Shown: positions 49,201 through 59,049 of the stretch, in pieces | How the letters are laid out: each line of letters starts with the position of its first letter | Numbering within the stretch: position 1 is the first letter of the stretch | From: Fidelibacterota bacterium | Lineage (GTDB): Bacteria; Fidelibacterota; UBA8477; JABMPR01 | DNA length: 64,000 nt | Direction of reading: 5' to 3' | Assembly (NCBI GenBank): GCA_018650795.1 | Contig: JABIFG010000231.1 | Coordinates: 1,153 to 65,152 of the forward strand | The notes under the pieces: model-generated | Databases searched by the model: none | What the model was told of the DNA's origin: nothing | Seen by the model: the letters and a program-made list of their open reading frames with translations, nothing else | Program-made: the position numbers and the translations under genes

Positions 49201-49288
49201 GATACTCAATTGAATACAAACGCTTCAGTTTGAGGGTATCATTTCCCACAATATATGTAATTGTATCAGATTTGGCGCCGACCATCAC
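46256..49288 (-). CDS. Large hypothetical outer-membrane beta-barrel protein; true start probably further upstream
   Basis: 1010 aa, with GSITRG...GNL, GKQGPYRL, GSEKI...DYIIDYNAAEIHF, amphipathic strands and a C-terminal F. Confidence 0.7.
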   Translation of the reverse strand: MMVGAKSDTITYIVGNDTLKLKRLYSIEYPEYSSIRDTVKPDMLHESSTKTEEHGLDAVGSITRGIQVSSNSSVSLQSSMYLKIKGNLSDQYTVQGVLTDKTSPLQPIGNTRRLNDFERVMVRIDGPALNASIGDIDLQLKNGKFGQVNRSIEGISIQTNSSMGSLKGALGFSYGKYHLLQIQGKDGKQGPYRLSGSNGERFIIILAGSEKIKLNDHLLVRGEDDDYIIDYNAAEIHFTQSHILSANSRISVEFEYVPDIYLASYSFGKQLISGEVALGNRTDSPFFISASWQDIRDDQNNPLGNVEADQLQDIFGDLSASNATSEISGIVPDSTNGNYDMDDSGILIYMGDQLGHFTVDFNFVGLDRGQYRKELAADGQFYVFDEDNGEYLPTQQFVAPQALSIFSLSGHARTGGLVANFDIGLSQDTKNLYATSPSGVQKLAWDINTGFTRPNYEFRWGDKYFESGYVSHDALESLEYYRRWHLKARIAEEERLRYGHIRLGQQNYLKTSISQMKRSDVLVGQQVQVEGKSALSAPLVANYSAIFTNLDSTLSQQHNFEAVYNRKKISTGFNFDLEDGSASTFYATNDHLTTGLEASYIHSEKHKFVIQYDRRLDYRLFQSNQTILSSQNIKKWSDQRQDWVTEYHFSDFLNSQGQLNMKYREHQSDSGAVKKYYLGNFQLNGKALEGKLKFQEHYLLDEEHIPKYDYHYIEVDTGYGDYSFDPAIQDYIPLHGGRFIRQRIFSDREEQVRKYDNKTRLEYASENYGKMNEIAFKSRFGYESKLKQEIQSNTTIQNQSLLSMNFDIQTGQSISFTKIAYAGKSTRNSSTLYNYGTEENEYLSHGAEADFLWNPSNQSKLGVVFESRERQLEYNPLAHEHWVSSRPYLNHVIKMSAQQKLKLEFKYSMVTDNQIDKDYAELFVYANHSLRIKRRGRIDQQLSLSDVQADVQVIPYSVFSGRQPGNNWKYSANSRYTFSSMFQISMNYSIQKRGGNNSEQYLRLEGRSHF

Positions 49289-49479
49289 TGTTATATCTGA
49301 CCCATATACAGAATCGATGGAACATCCCAGCGAGATGATAAGAAATGTGATTAGACCGTAGATGTGTCTACCAGGTCCTGCTGATAATATGTTTTAATAA
49401 ACCTAGCATCGTTATTCTGTACAAACTGGTAAACGATAGACAAGTCTAAATCGTTCCATATGACACACCAATTAATTAT

Positions 49480-50199
49480 CTACCAGGAATCTGCTAATAT
49501 GAGAAAATTATAAATAATATGGGCATAAACACTGATTCCATAACCCCGCGTATAAAAAAGACTTCCCAGGAGGATACCACCAACCACTCTCTGTGAAAAT
49601 ATAGGGAAGCTATAGACTTCCATGAATAAATGGAAGGCGGCAAACACAACAGCAGATAATACAATAGCCAGAGGGACTGAGTAGCGTATATCCATGGCGA
49701 TACCCCGTTCAAGAATGACAAGAATCGAGCTGATCACCACAAGTCTAAAAATGAGCTCCTCAAAAATGCCAGCACCAATAGCTAAATTGATGTTTGATAA
49801 CTTTGCTTCCATGGTAATCACCTGTAAGGGTAATTGAGTGAAGAGTTGGAGACCGATAAAAATGAGTCCACCCCAAAGCATACTCTCCAGGAGCATATAC
49901 ACAATATAATTGGCATGGATTCCAGGTTTTTTCTCAATTTTATATCCGCGAACCATCACAATAATGAAGAGAACTGACAAGATACCTGAGACAATAAGTG
50001 GATTGGTTAACCCAAGAGATTCAAACAGACTACGTAGCAGAATTTCACCACTATTTCTCAATTCAAAAAAAGAATTCCTGAATAGAAATATTATGCCCAT
50101 CTCGTAAATAGCCAGGACTGGTAGTGTTAGTATCAGACTATAGTGGAGCGATTTTGAACTGTTAAGATATTGGCGTAATGCAGAGACTTTTTTTGCCAT
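49480..50199 (-). CDS. CPBP (Abi/CAAX protease-like) intramembrane metalloprotease
   Basis: EELIFR, FAAFH and HIIYN motifs in a multi-pass membrane protein. Confidence 0.88.
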   Translation of the reverse strand: MAKKVSALRQYLNSSKSLHYSLILTLPVLAIYEMGIIFLFRNSFFELRNSGEILLRSLFESLGLTNPLIVSGILSVLFIIVMVRGYKIEKKPGIHANYIVYMLLESMLWGGLIFIGLQLFTQLPLQVITMEAKLSNINLAIGAGIFEELIFRLVVISSILVILERGIAMDIRYSVPLAIVLSAVVFAAFHLFMEVYSFPIFSQRVVGGILLGSLFYTRGYGISVYAHIIYNFLILADSW

Positions 50200-50241
50200 G
50201 TAAACTCTTTTGAACCTTTTTGGGCTTCCCTCAGGAACTAA

Positions 50242-52041
50242 TTAGTCATTGAGCTTCAATACTGCCAGGAAAGCATCCTGTGGAACTTCCACACGACCCA
50301 CTTGTTTCATGCGCTTCTTACCGGCTTTCTGCTTTTCCAGCAGCTTCCGCTTGCGTGTGATATCTCCACCATAACATTTGGCTGTAACATTTTTGCGCAA
50401 GGCTCTCACGGTCTCACGGGCAATGATTTTCTGACCAATCGAACCCTGAATCGGAACTTCAAATTGTTGGCGGGGAATCAACTCTTTTAATTTTGAACAT
50501 AATTTCCTGGAATGGTCATAAGCCTTTTCGCGGTGTACAATTTGGGAAAGCGCATCCACCCTCTCTGTTGCGATAAGGATATCCAGCTTTACAAGATCAC
50601 CCCTTCGGAAATCTATTGGCTCATAATCAAAAGAAGCATAGCCACGGGATGTGCTTTTTAGTTGGTCATAAAAATCGAAAATGATCTCAGCCAGTGGAAT
50701 TTCAAAATAAATCTGAACCTTGGATTCATCAAGATAGTGCGTTGATTTATAAATACCGCGCTTGTCAATAATGAGCTTCATCAAATTACCGATATAGGTC
50801 GGTGGCGTCAACACTTCAGCAGTGACATATGGTTCATCAATATGGTCAATTTCACCCGGTTCTGGAAGATCACTGGGCTTATCTACCATCGTATGAGAAC
50901 CATCCCTGAGATTTACTTTGAATTTCACATTTGGTTGGGTCGTGATGAGATCAATCGCAAATTCCCGCTCCAAGCGTTCCTGGACAATTTCCATATGCAG
51001 AAGACCTAGATAACCGACGCGAAAACCAAATCCCAGAGCACCCGAGGTCTCAGGTTCCCAGGTCAAAGCAGCATCGTTTAAATTAAGTTTTTCAAGGGCT
51101 GCCCTCAAATTGGAATAGTCATCTGACACGATTGGATAGACACCGGAGTAAACCATTGGTTTTACCTCGCGATAACCAGTTAGAGCCTCAGAGGCACCAT
51201 GTTTGGCTGTCGTAATCGTATCACCAACACGAATCTCGCTGATATCTTTGATGTTAGCAATGATATAGCCAACATCACCTGCTTTGAGCAAATCTCCCTT
51301 AACTTTTTTCAATTTGAAATAGCCCAGCTCAGCTACTTCATATTCCTCTTTGCTGGCCATAAAGCGGAGGATATCTCTAGATTTTAACTGCCCTTCAAGG
51401 ACACGAACATATGCCACAGCACCACGATATGCATCATAGGTACTATCAAAAACCAATGCCCGTAGCGGCAGATCTTCATTCCCTTCGGGAGCGGGAATTC
51501 TCTCAATCACGGCTTCCAATATCTCCTGAATCCCAATATCTGCTTTAGCTGAGGCTTGAATAATCTCATCCTCATCACACCCGAGAAGATCAACAATTTG
51601 TGACTTCACATTATCAATTTGCGCTGCCGGTAGATCAATTTTATTAATGATCGGGATTATCTCTAAGCCACTTTCAACCGCTAACATGGCATTGCTTACG
51701 GTTTGTGCTTCAACACCCTGTGCTGCGTCAACCAGGAGTAAGGCACCCTCACAGGCATCCAAACTTCTAGATACTTCATAACTAAAATCAACATGTCCTG
51801 GTGTATCAATCAGGTTCAGCACATATTCGATACCGTCTAAAGCTGAATATTTTACTTGAATCGGATGGGATTTAATTGTGATTCCACGTTCTCGTTCAAG
51901 GTCCATATCGTCAAGAACCTGGTTCATCATTTGTTTATCAGAAAGTGTATGGGTCTCTTCAAGTAAGCGGTCAGCTAGTGTAGATTTACCATGATCAATA
52001 TGTGCAATTATGCAAAAATTTCGAACTTCAGATCTCATCAT
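50242..52041 (-). CDS. lepA: Elongation factor 4
   Basis: [31 protein letters not shown] and [18 protein letters not shown]. Confidence 0.99.
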   Translation of the reverse strand: MMRSEVRNFCIIAHIDHGKSTLADRLLEETHTLSDKQMMNQVLDDMDLERERGITIKSHPIQVKYSALDGIEYVLNLIDTPGHVDFSYEVSRSLDACEGALLLVDAAQGVEAQTVSNAMLAVESGLEIIPIINKIDLPAAQIDNVKSQIVDLLGCDEDEIIQASAKADIGIQEILEAVIERIPAPEGNEDLPLRALVFDSTYDAYRGAVAYVRVLEGQLKSRDILRFMASKEEYEVAELGYFKLKKVKGDLLKAGDVGYIIANIKDISEIRVGDTITTAKHGASEALTGYREVKPMVYSGVYPIVSDDYSNLRAALEKLNLNDAALTWEPETSGALGFGFRVGYLGLLHMEIVQERLEREFAIDLITTQPNVKFKVNLRDGSHTMVDKPSDLPEPGEIDHIDEPYVTAEVLTPPTYIGNLMKLIIDKRGIYKSTHYLDESKVQIYFEIPLAEIIFDFYDQLKSTSRGYASFDYEPIDFRRGDLVKLDILIATERVDALSQIVHREKAYDHSRKLCSKLKELIPRQQFEVPIQGSIGQKIIARETVRALRKNVTAKCYGGDITRKRKLLEKQKAGKKRMKQVGRVEVPQDAFLAVLKLND

Positions 52042-52114
52042 AGGGCGCAATATACGCTTGATTATCTCGTATCAAACAGGAAGGCAAAATTGAATTTAAT
52101 TGTTAATCAGCGGA

Positions 52115-54922
52115 TTAGAATTTTAAAAAGAAACTGTTCCCGCCTGTGGATGAGTCCTCGATGCCAACAGTGGCGTCATGTGCATTGGCTATTCGCTTAA
52201 CGATGGCCAGTCCGAGACCGCGCCCTCGCTTTTCTCCATCGCCGAGTTGGACATTTCTCTTGAAGATCGCTGCTCTCATTTCAGTGGGAATTGGTTTACC
52301 TGAATCATCGATTCTAAGAGTTACTGTTCCACCCTCTTCTCTTAAAATTAAATTTATGGTTCCACCATCGGAGGAATATTTGATGGCGTTGCTGATATAA
52401 TTTTTTGGTATCTCCGAGATGATGGGATTGGCCTTAATAATAAGTGAATCCGGAATATTTGTATTTAAAGTCATCGAGACATGGGATAATTGTGAAGCGA
52501 ATTCAGCTTTCATGTCCTCTAGAATTGGGACCAGATCGAGGTTCTCTTTGACAATATTTTCGCCAATGCTCAACTTTGATAACACCGTAGCGTTTTTGAT
52601 TACTTTCATCAAACTCTCAGCGCTACTCTGCAACAATTCGAACATTTCATTACCATCATCTTCTGAACTCAACATCTCAGTAACAGAACTAATCACACCA
52701 GCTGGATTTCTAAGATCGTGAGTGATCACATCCAGAAGCAATTCTTTCATACCATTGGCATTGGCGAGTTCATCAGCCAATTCCTCTAGGGCTACGGCTT
52801 TTCTAGTGCGATCGATGGTCAAAGCCACCTGAGCAGCAGCGAGATCCAGCAGTCTAACATCTTCTTCTTCATATTGTGTGAGACCATCGTACTCCTGGAG
52901 AACAAAGGCACCAATAACATCATCCTTCACTTTCAGGGGTATACCCAACCAGACACTGGGCAACTCTCCAGCAATGGTGACCTGACCACTATTGATCAAC
53001 TCGCGAATTTCAGTCTGCTTGATATGCAGTGTCCTTTTTTCTACGATAGTTCGTGCCGTGAGTGATCTTTCTGGATCGCAGGGAATACTTTCTGGTAGTT
53101 CTGATTTGTAATAATCTCTCTCATAAGGAAAGTAAAGGGTGTTATCCTCTTTGTTTAACATGGCCAGGAAAAAGTTACTGGTAGAAATAATCTCGCTAAT
53201 GAATTGGTAAATATTTTCCGAAAGACTCGTAACATCTTTAGCCTGTATAGCAGCTGTTGTAATGGCGTAGAGGACATCACGTAGTTTTTGATCTTTTTTA
53301 GCTCTTTCTGCTACCTTCTTCTGACGACTAATATCTTCAGTCAATCCCACAAAATGCGTGACAGTTCCATACGCATCACGAATTGGAGAAATAGATACTT
53401 TTCCCCAGCTAAGCTCACCATTTTTTTTCTTATTGATTATTTCATCAGACCAAACTGTCCCGCTTTTAATAGTATTCCACAAATTCTCATAGAATGCTTT
53501 ATCATGCTTACCGGATTTGAGCAGTCGGGGATTTTCACCGATAAGTTCATCAAGGCTATAACCCATTTTGGATAGGAATTCACTGTTGACGTACTGGATA
53601 TTCCCTTCCACATCGGTAATGATTGTCATCACCGGGCTTTGTTCTACCGCCTGACTTAATTTTTTCAATTCAAGATTCGCAATATTTTGTTCAGTAATAT
53701 CGAGAGTATGACCAACATTCTTGACGTTACCCTCGCTATCAACAAAAGAATTTGCAGAAATTAGAATATCTCGCATCTCACCGTTTGGTCTAAGAACATC
53801 CAGCGAATATTCTTGAGGAGCATCTTTGCCTGCCTGTCTGTCCTCATAATTCTTGATAACTCTGTCACGCGAAGGACCAAGATGTTCTGAAAATATAGAG
53901 CCCACCAATTCTTCACGGGAGCGACCAAATATTTCGCATAAGCGATCATTGACATAGACCAGCTTATAATTGTGATCAATAATGTAAATCCCAGTAGCAG
54001 ATTGCTCAACAATGGCTCTAATATGTGCTTCCGATTCAGCAGCCAGCTTTCGGGCTTTTTCCTGCTCCCTTTTCAATTGTGTATTTTTGATACTCTGTGA
54101 AATCAGGTGTGCTACATCCTTAATGACTGCAAACTCACTTCGGAAATTTGGTATACTCAGATTCCAGGTGAAGCCAAGGAGGCCCACAACACGCTCTTCA
54201 CCTCGAATAATTATCATAAAGCTATCTTCATCCAGGATGGTATTCATAAGCTCATCTGGAATCATCATTTTCTGATTCTCAAGGCTTTCCCGATCTCTCT
54301 TTTCAAGATATCGGTTAAAGACCTCCTTTGAAATTCCAGTAGATTGACTGGCAGCAATTTTATCATCATCGGACCAGAGCGCGATCCAATATTTTTCAAA
54401 AATGTTTGTTGTAGCAAAGGATGAGTGCAGCAGGGTTGCAATCTCTTCAATGCTACTTGTAGATTCAAGTCCACTATAGATCGAATCCTTTAGACCGAGG
54501 AGTTCATTTATTCTGAGCATCATCTGGTCAGTAGCAAATCGGGTTAGCGCAATCCTGATCATCGTCGATACAGCTTGTTCATCAATGGGCTTATGCAAAA
54601 ATCCATATGCATCGGCGTCCTGGAGAGCCTGGGTAATATGTGCCTCATCCCCATATGCCGTTGCAAAAATAACTGGAACTGCAAAATCTTCGTGAATGAG
54701 TTTGGCTGCCTCAATGCCATTCATTTTGCCCCGCAGTTGAATATCCATGAGTATGATATCAGGTTTGGTTTCGGCAGTTAATTTCAAAGCATCAGGACCT
54801 GTCCCCACAATACCTACAACACTAAAATCATTCTGTTTCAGGCGGATAGAAAGATCTTCGGCTGATAACCGCTCATCTTCGACTATCAAAATACGGATTT
54901 TATGTTGTGATTTACTTATCAT
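52115..54922 (-). CDS. Hybrid sensor histidine kinase (REC-GAF-like-PAS-PAS-GAF-HisKA-HATPase)
   Basis: ILIVEDE, DIILMDI, FLHKP, two PAS domains (YVN...ELVG and YVN...ELIGENPR), WLGIPL, THDLRNP, NAIKYS and GRGLGL. Confidence 0.92.
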   Translation of the reverse strand: MISKSQHKIRILIVEDERLSAEDLSIRLKQNDFSVVGIVGTGPDALKLTAETKPDIILMDIQLRGKMNGIEAAKLIHEDFAVPVIFATAYGDEAHITQALQDADAYGFLHKPIDEQAVSTMIRIALTRFATDQMMLRINELLGLKDSIYSGLESTSSIEEIATLLHSSFATTNIFEKYWIALWSDDDKIAASQSTGISKEVFNRYLEKRDRESLENQKMMIPDELMNTILDEDSFMIIIRGEERVVGLLGFTWNLSIPNFRSEFAVIKDVAHLISQSIKNTQLKREQEKARKLAAESEAHIRAIVEQSATGIYIIDHNYKLVYVNDRLCEIFGRSREELVGSIFSEHLGPSRDRVIKNYEDRQAGKDAPQEYSLDVLRPNGEMRDILISANSFVDSEGNVKNVGHTLDITEQNIANLELKKLSQAVEQSPVMTIITDVEGNIQYVNSEFLSKMGYSLDELIGENPRLLKSGKHDKAFYENLWNTIKSGTVWSDEIINKKKNGELSWGKVSISPIRDAYGTVTHFVGLTEDISRQKKVAERAKKDQKLRDVLYAITTAAIQAKDVTSLSENIYQFISEIISTSNFFLAMLNKEDNTLYFPYERDYYKSELPESIPCDPERSLTARTIVEKRTLHIKQTEIRELINSGQVTIAGELPSVWLGIPLKVKDDVIGAFVLQEYDGLTQYEEEDVRLLDLAAAQVALTIDRTRKAVALEELADELANANGMKELLLDVITHDLRNPAGVISSVTEMLSSEDDGNEMFELLQSSAESLMKVIKNATVLSKLSIGENIVKENLDLVPILEDMKAEFASQLSHVSMTLNTNIPDSLIIKANPIISEIPKNYISNAIKYSSDGGTINLILREEGGTVTLRIDDSGKPIPTEMRAAIFKRNVQLGDGEKRGRGLGLAIVKRIANAHDATVGIEDSSTGGNSFFLKF

Positions 54923-55006
54923 TGTAGATTATTCGATACACATTTCAGTTGTTTGAACTGAAATAATGAAAATATCCCAAAAGACTAAACAAATTTTAAA
55001 TACTGA

Positions 55007-56101
55007 CTACTCTATTTCTGAAGTATACTTGGCAATTCTTTGGCCCGCTTTGCCCTCCCACCCATCAATTGGGTAACCATCGATTTTATCACCCTCTATA
55101 ACAGAGACAATTTTTGATTCAATAGCCTGGATGTCAAATCCAATCAACGTATTGGTTCCCTTGGAGAGTGTAACCGGTCGGTTACTCGAGTTGCCAATTG
55201 TGAGACACTGCACTCCCAGAATGCTTGATTCCTCTTGCAAGCCTTGTGAGTCAGTCACAACAACAACAGCATGCTTCAGGAGTTTTAACAAATCGTGGTA
55301 ATTTTGAGAGGAAACGAATTGCAGATTGACACCGGGATCAAGCATGACTTCCGGCATATCTTCCAGGATCTGTAAAGTTTTTGGATGTAATATCATGCAT
55401 ATTCGCAGTCGTTCCGAAAGTCTTTCAAGCATGGTGAGAAATGAGCTAAGAAAATCAATATTCTTCAAAATATGGTCGTGGTGCATGGTTAACAGAATAT
55501 AGCTATTTTCATCCAGCCCAAAACGATCAAGTACGTTACTGTCCTCAGCATAGCCAAGGTTGGCAAATACCGCATCCGCACGAATATTGCCAACTTCAAT
55601 AATATTTTGATTGTCATATCCTTCTCGAATGAGATTAATCACAGCTTCCTCATTTGAGGTAAACAGATAGGCACTCAATCTATCGATGAGCATATCATTC
55701 CGCTCTTCATGGGGTTGATTGTCGAAAGAGCGTACTCCTGCATCGACATGGATAATCGGTATATGCGATCTTGAAGCTACCAACGAACAAGCTAGAGCAG
55801 AGTCAGAATTTCCAATAACCAGGACCATATCGGGCCGGTCAATGTGAACTTGATTCTCGTAAGACATCATCATTGAAGCCATTTTACCAATTCCCTCAAT
55901 CACATTGATATCGAGATAGCTATGGATTGAAGAAAGATGCAATTGATCAAGAATATCCTGATTTAGCTCAGGATCATAGTGTTGCCCTGTGTGGATAAGT
56001 CGAATATCCAGTATATCTTCGAAATCCTGAAATGAATTAAGGAGTGCCGATGCACGTATAAAATCGGGACGAATCCCGACAATAATATCAATTTTCTTCA
56101 T
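55007..56101 (-). CDS. UDP-N-acetylglucosamine 2-epimerase (WecB)-like protein with a divergent active site
   Basis: G.RP, HTGQHYD, HVDAGVRS, VGN, TDS.GLQEE, RPVT..GTN and WEGKAGQRI match the fold. Several conserved catalytic residues differ. Confidence 0.8.
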   Translation of the reverse strand: MKKIDIIVGIRPDFIRASALLNSFQDFEDILDIRLIHTGQHYDPELNQDILDQLHLSSIHSYLDINVIEGIGKMASMMMSYENQVHIDRPDMVLVIGNSDSALACSLVASRSHIPIIHVDAGVRSFDNQPHEERNDMLIDRLSAYLFTSNEEAVINLIREGYDNQNIIEVGNIRADAVFANLGYAEDSNVLDRFGLDENSYILLTMHHDHILKNIDFLSSFLTMLERLSERLRICMILHPKTLQILEDMPEVMLDPGVNLQFVSSQNYHDLLKLLKHAVVVVTDSQGLQEESSILGVQCLTIGNSSNRPVTLSKGTNTLIGFDIQAIESKIVSVIEGDKIDGYPIDGWEGKAGQRIAKYTSEIE

Positions 56102-56166
56102 AAATTCTCCAATCAGGGGTCATAACAAGGCTAAAGATAAGCATTCAGGATCATAATTAACATACA

Positions 56167-58491
56167 TTAAAAAATGTACTTCAACGTGAATCCGTAGTGA
56201 CGCGGATCTCCATAACTCATATATAGCTTATCTGCATAATCTGGAGGTTCCAGTCCAAAGTAAAAACCGCGACTGGCGTAATGTGTATCTAGCAGATTAT
56301 CGGCCCAGAATGAAATTTCCCATGCTTTGGACCATGAGTATGTGATCCCGGAGTTTATGAGATTATACGGCTGTGAGCGCTGATTATGACTTTCGGAAAA
56401 GTAAAATTCATCTTTACCGGCAATGGAAACCCGTATAGATATGTTTGGATTCAAACTGTAGTCAGCCCCCAATCGATATGAATAGTTCGGTGCATGGGCA
56501 AAGGCCCTATCACCAAGCATAACATATTGATCAGGTGCTACTTCAAATGAATATGCTTCTGTTTTAGACTCTAACAAACCCAGGGATCCTGAGATCTGAA
56601 ATCGCTGGTTGATTTCTCGACGAAATTCTAATTCTAAACCGTAAACATAGCCCTCTGAAGCATTCCCAATGTAATAGGTGAAACTATTTGGATCCATGGC
56701 ATCTTGCTGGCTGGAGAGCGAAACCTGCTGATCCATGCGGCACGTGTAAAAGGCCAGGATTGCAAGCATGCCCTGTTTGGATACCCCTCGGTATCCTATT
56801 TCATAATTATTGACGTATTCAGGAGAAAATGGACGATTAATATCAAGAATGCGGGGGTGCTGGTTGATGCCTCCTGCCTTAAAACCTCGTGCTGTGTTTA
56901 TAAAAGTTGTTTTGCGATTATCAATCTTATACAACATTGCTATTTTTCCACCATTTAGCTGGTCACTGAGACTGAATTGAGTGAATTTGTCATCCTCATA
57001 ATCAGTTTGGCGTTTTCCAACACGGATATTTGAGGTGAACGTAATTTTCTCTACAGGACTATAGTCTATTTGAGCATAGACCGAACGATTACTCAAATGA
57101 AATTCGCTCTCAAGCTCTGACTCATCACCACCAAATAAGTAACCCTCTGCATCATCCATTTCTATCAGGTCTTTATAATACGCTCCACCAATCACATCAA
57201 GCTTTTCACTCTGACTGGAATGGACAATTCTCAATTCATGGGTTTTGGTATCGCGAATGCGGGCAACTTTATCAAAGAAGTCATATCTCCAACCTTCAAC
57301 AGCCGGATTAAAATTGTATGGATCTTCAGCCCAAAATTCATCATTCCCCCAATCACTGTCATAACTATACTCCATCTCTGCATTGGACAGTGTCGTGATT
57401 GATTGAATTTCAGTTCTGTTAAATAGCTTATAATTTGCTCTCAACACGCCAGCATTTAAAGTCTGACTATCTTTACCAGGATTGTCCGTATAGGTTGTAA
57501 AACCTGCATTGTTGGGACTCCAGGCATCATAGCCATTATCCAGTATCACCGTAAGTAGAGTAGCTTTAAATTCCAGTTTTGGTTGAATGGACCAGATGAT
57601 TTTCAATCTACCCATCGACTCCAGGCGTTCATTGCTTTTAAAGTCATCGTGATATTCATTGTATTGAAAGCCATTATTGTATCCACGAAAAGCAGCGATA
57701 CGCGCTTTAAGATTTTGTCTGGTAAGAAGATTAAAAGCTGCCCCTATGTTTAGTGTGCTGGCATTTCCTATTGAAGCAGTGACATAACTATCCTGGTGTT
57801 TAGCTGGATCATTTGATTGTAAAATGATAAATCCTGCCAGGGCATTAGGACCGTATATAGATGATTGAGGTCCCCGAAATAATTCAACTCGGTTCACATC
57901 AAAGGTCAAACCAGACATACCGATTCCACTCAGGTCAAGATCATCGATGCTGAACCCCACGGAATAGTTTGGTGGACCATCCCCAGCGAACTGTGACCTC
58001 TCACCAATCCCGCGGATTTGGAAATATCGTGGCCTGGAACTTCCTCCCGCCCAATTCAGATTAGGGATGTTGTTGATTAATGTTTGAAAATGAGGTTCAC
58101 TGGTCGATGCAATTTCCCTCTTACTAATGACGGTGATGCCACCGGCTGATTCCAACAGCGATTGTGTTCTGAGAGCACCGTAGACAGCCACAACTTCGCC
58201 CTGCAACATAATTGGCACCAGTGCAATGACTTCAGTGATATCCCCTCTTTTAAGTGTTAGACTTTCATAGGCAATGTGCCTGAAGATGAGCTGTGTATCA
58301 AGTTCACCATGAATCGAGTATTCACCCAATTCATTGGTAACGGTACCTATTGTTCCAGAAATTATCTCGCAACCTTCTAGCGGTATGTTGGTGCTTGCAT
58401 CTACTACCCTACCAGTAATCTGGTCTTCTTGTGAAAGCACAATAGACTGAAGCATTAAAATAGAAATCAGAAAAGTTGTGAAGCGGTGCAT
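56167..58491 (-). CDS. TonB-dependent receptor, probably for thiamine or a precursor
   Basis: Signal peptide, carboxypeptidase-like N-domain, plug (IRGIG, VELFRGPQSSIYG), RGFKAGG, NLLD..Y and a C-terminal F. A TPP riboswitch is directly upstream. Confidence 0.92.
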   Translation of the reverse strand: MHRFTTFLISILMLQSIVLSQEDQITGRVVDASTNIPLEGCEIISGTIGTVTNELGEYSIHGELDTQLIFRHIAYESLTLKRGDITEVIALVPIMLQGEVVAVYGALRTQSLLESAGGITVISKREIASTSEPHFQTLINNIPNLNWAGGSSRPRYFQIRGIGERSQFAGDGPPNYSVGFSIDDLDLSGIGMSGLTFDVNRVELFRGPQSSIYGPNALAGFIILQSNDPAKHQDSYVTASIGNASTLNIGAAFNLLTRQNLKARIAAFRGYNNGFQYNEYHDDFKSNERLESMGRLKIIWSIQPKLEFKATLLTVILDNGYDAWSPNNAGFTTYTDNPGKDSQTLNAGVLRANYKLFNRTEIQSITTLSNAEMEYSYDSDWGNDEFWAEDPYNFNPAVEGWRYDFFDKVARIRDTKTHELRIVHSSQSEKLDVIGGAYYKDLIEMDDAEGYLFGGDESELESEFHLSNRSVYAQIDYSPVEKITFTSNIRVGKRQTDYEDDKFTQFSLSDQLNGGKIAMLYKIDNRKTTFINTARGFKAGGINQHPRILDINRPFSPEYVNNYEIGYRGVSKQGMLAILAFYTCRMDQQVSLSSQQDAMDPNSFTYYIGNASEGYVYGLELEFRREINQRFQISGSLGLLESKTEAYSFEVAPDQYVMLGDRAFAHAPNYSYRLGADYSLNPNISIRVSIAGKDEFYFSESHNQRSQPYNLINSGITYSWSKAWEISFWADNLLDTHYASRGFYFGLEPPDYADKLYMSYGDPRHYGFTLKYIF

Positions 58492-58494
58492 ATT

Positions 58495-58588
58495 TTCTCC
58501 CTACGCTGGCATGATCCAGATCAGGTTCATAGGGTTTGATCTCAGCCCGGCCCCCACGTTAGGGAGTCGCCGGACACCCCGGTATCCG
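58495..58588 (-). promoter_or_regulatory. TPP riboswitch (THI element)
   Basis: GGGGTG-[P3 TCCGGC/GCCGGG]-CTGAGA-..ACCC..GAACCTGATCTGGATCATGCCAGCGTAGGGA. Confidence 0.95.
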
Positions 58589-58623
58589 GTGCAATATAAA
58601 GTCATGATAGTCGAGAGGGGTAT

Positions 58624-58652
58624 AAAAAATGCCATCCCTGAGGATGGCATTT
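58624..58652 (-). terminator. Intrinsic terminator after trxA
   Basis: Minus strand reads AAATGCCATCC-tcag-GGATGGCATTTTTT. Confidence 0.85.
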
Positions 58653-58676
58653 CTAAATATTTAGCTTTGAAGGTGA

Positions 58677-59006
58677 TTAACCAATAACTGCATCAACCTT
58701 GGCGATAATCTGTGGCTTAGGTACTGCCCCAACCAGCATTTGAGCAACTTCACCATTTTTGAATATCAGGAGACTTGGAATACTACGAATCCCATATTTT
58801 TGAGCAACTTCTGGATTACCATCAACATCTAATTTTCCAACTTTCAACTTACCATTGTAATCAGTAGCAATCTCGGCAACAACTGGAGCAACCATCTTAC
58901 AGGGCATACACCATACAGCCCAAAAATCAACCAGGACTGGTACGTCAGACTCAATTACTTCAGCATTAAAATTGCTATCGGTAAATTCTTTCACATTTTC
59001 AGCCAT
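58677..59006 (-). CDS. trxA: Thioredoxin
   Basis: [19 protein letters not shown] and [12 protein letters not shown] at 59006 follows GGAG. Confidence 0.95.
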   Translation of the reverse strand: MAENVKEFTDSNFNAEVIESDVPVLVDFWAVWCMPCKMVAPVVAEIATDYNGKLKVGKLDVDGNPEVAQKYGIRSIPSLLIFKNGEVAQMLVGAVPKPQIIAKVDAVIG

Positions 59007-59049
59007 TATGTCTCCCTTGGCAATCAATTAAATATTTAAAAACCTGAAG

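Noticed and set aside
58677-59006. Thioredoxin active site WCMPC instead of WCGPC
   Set aside because: This is a modest variant with both Cys intact, and nothing suggests a new function.
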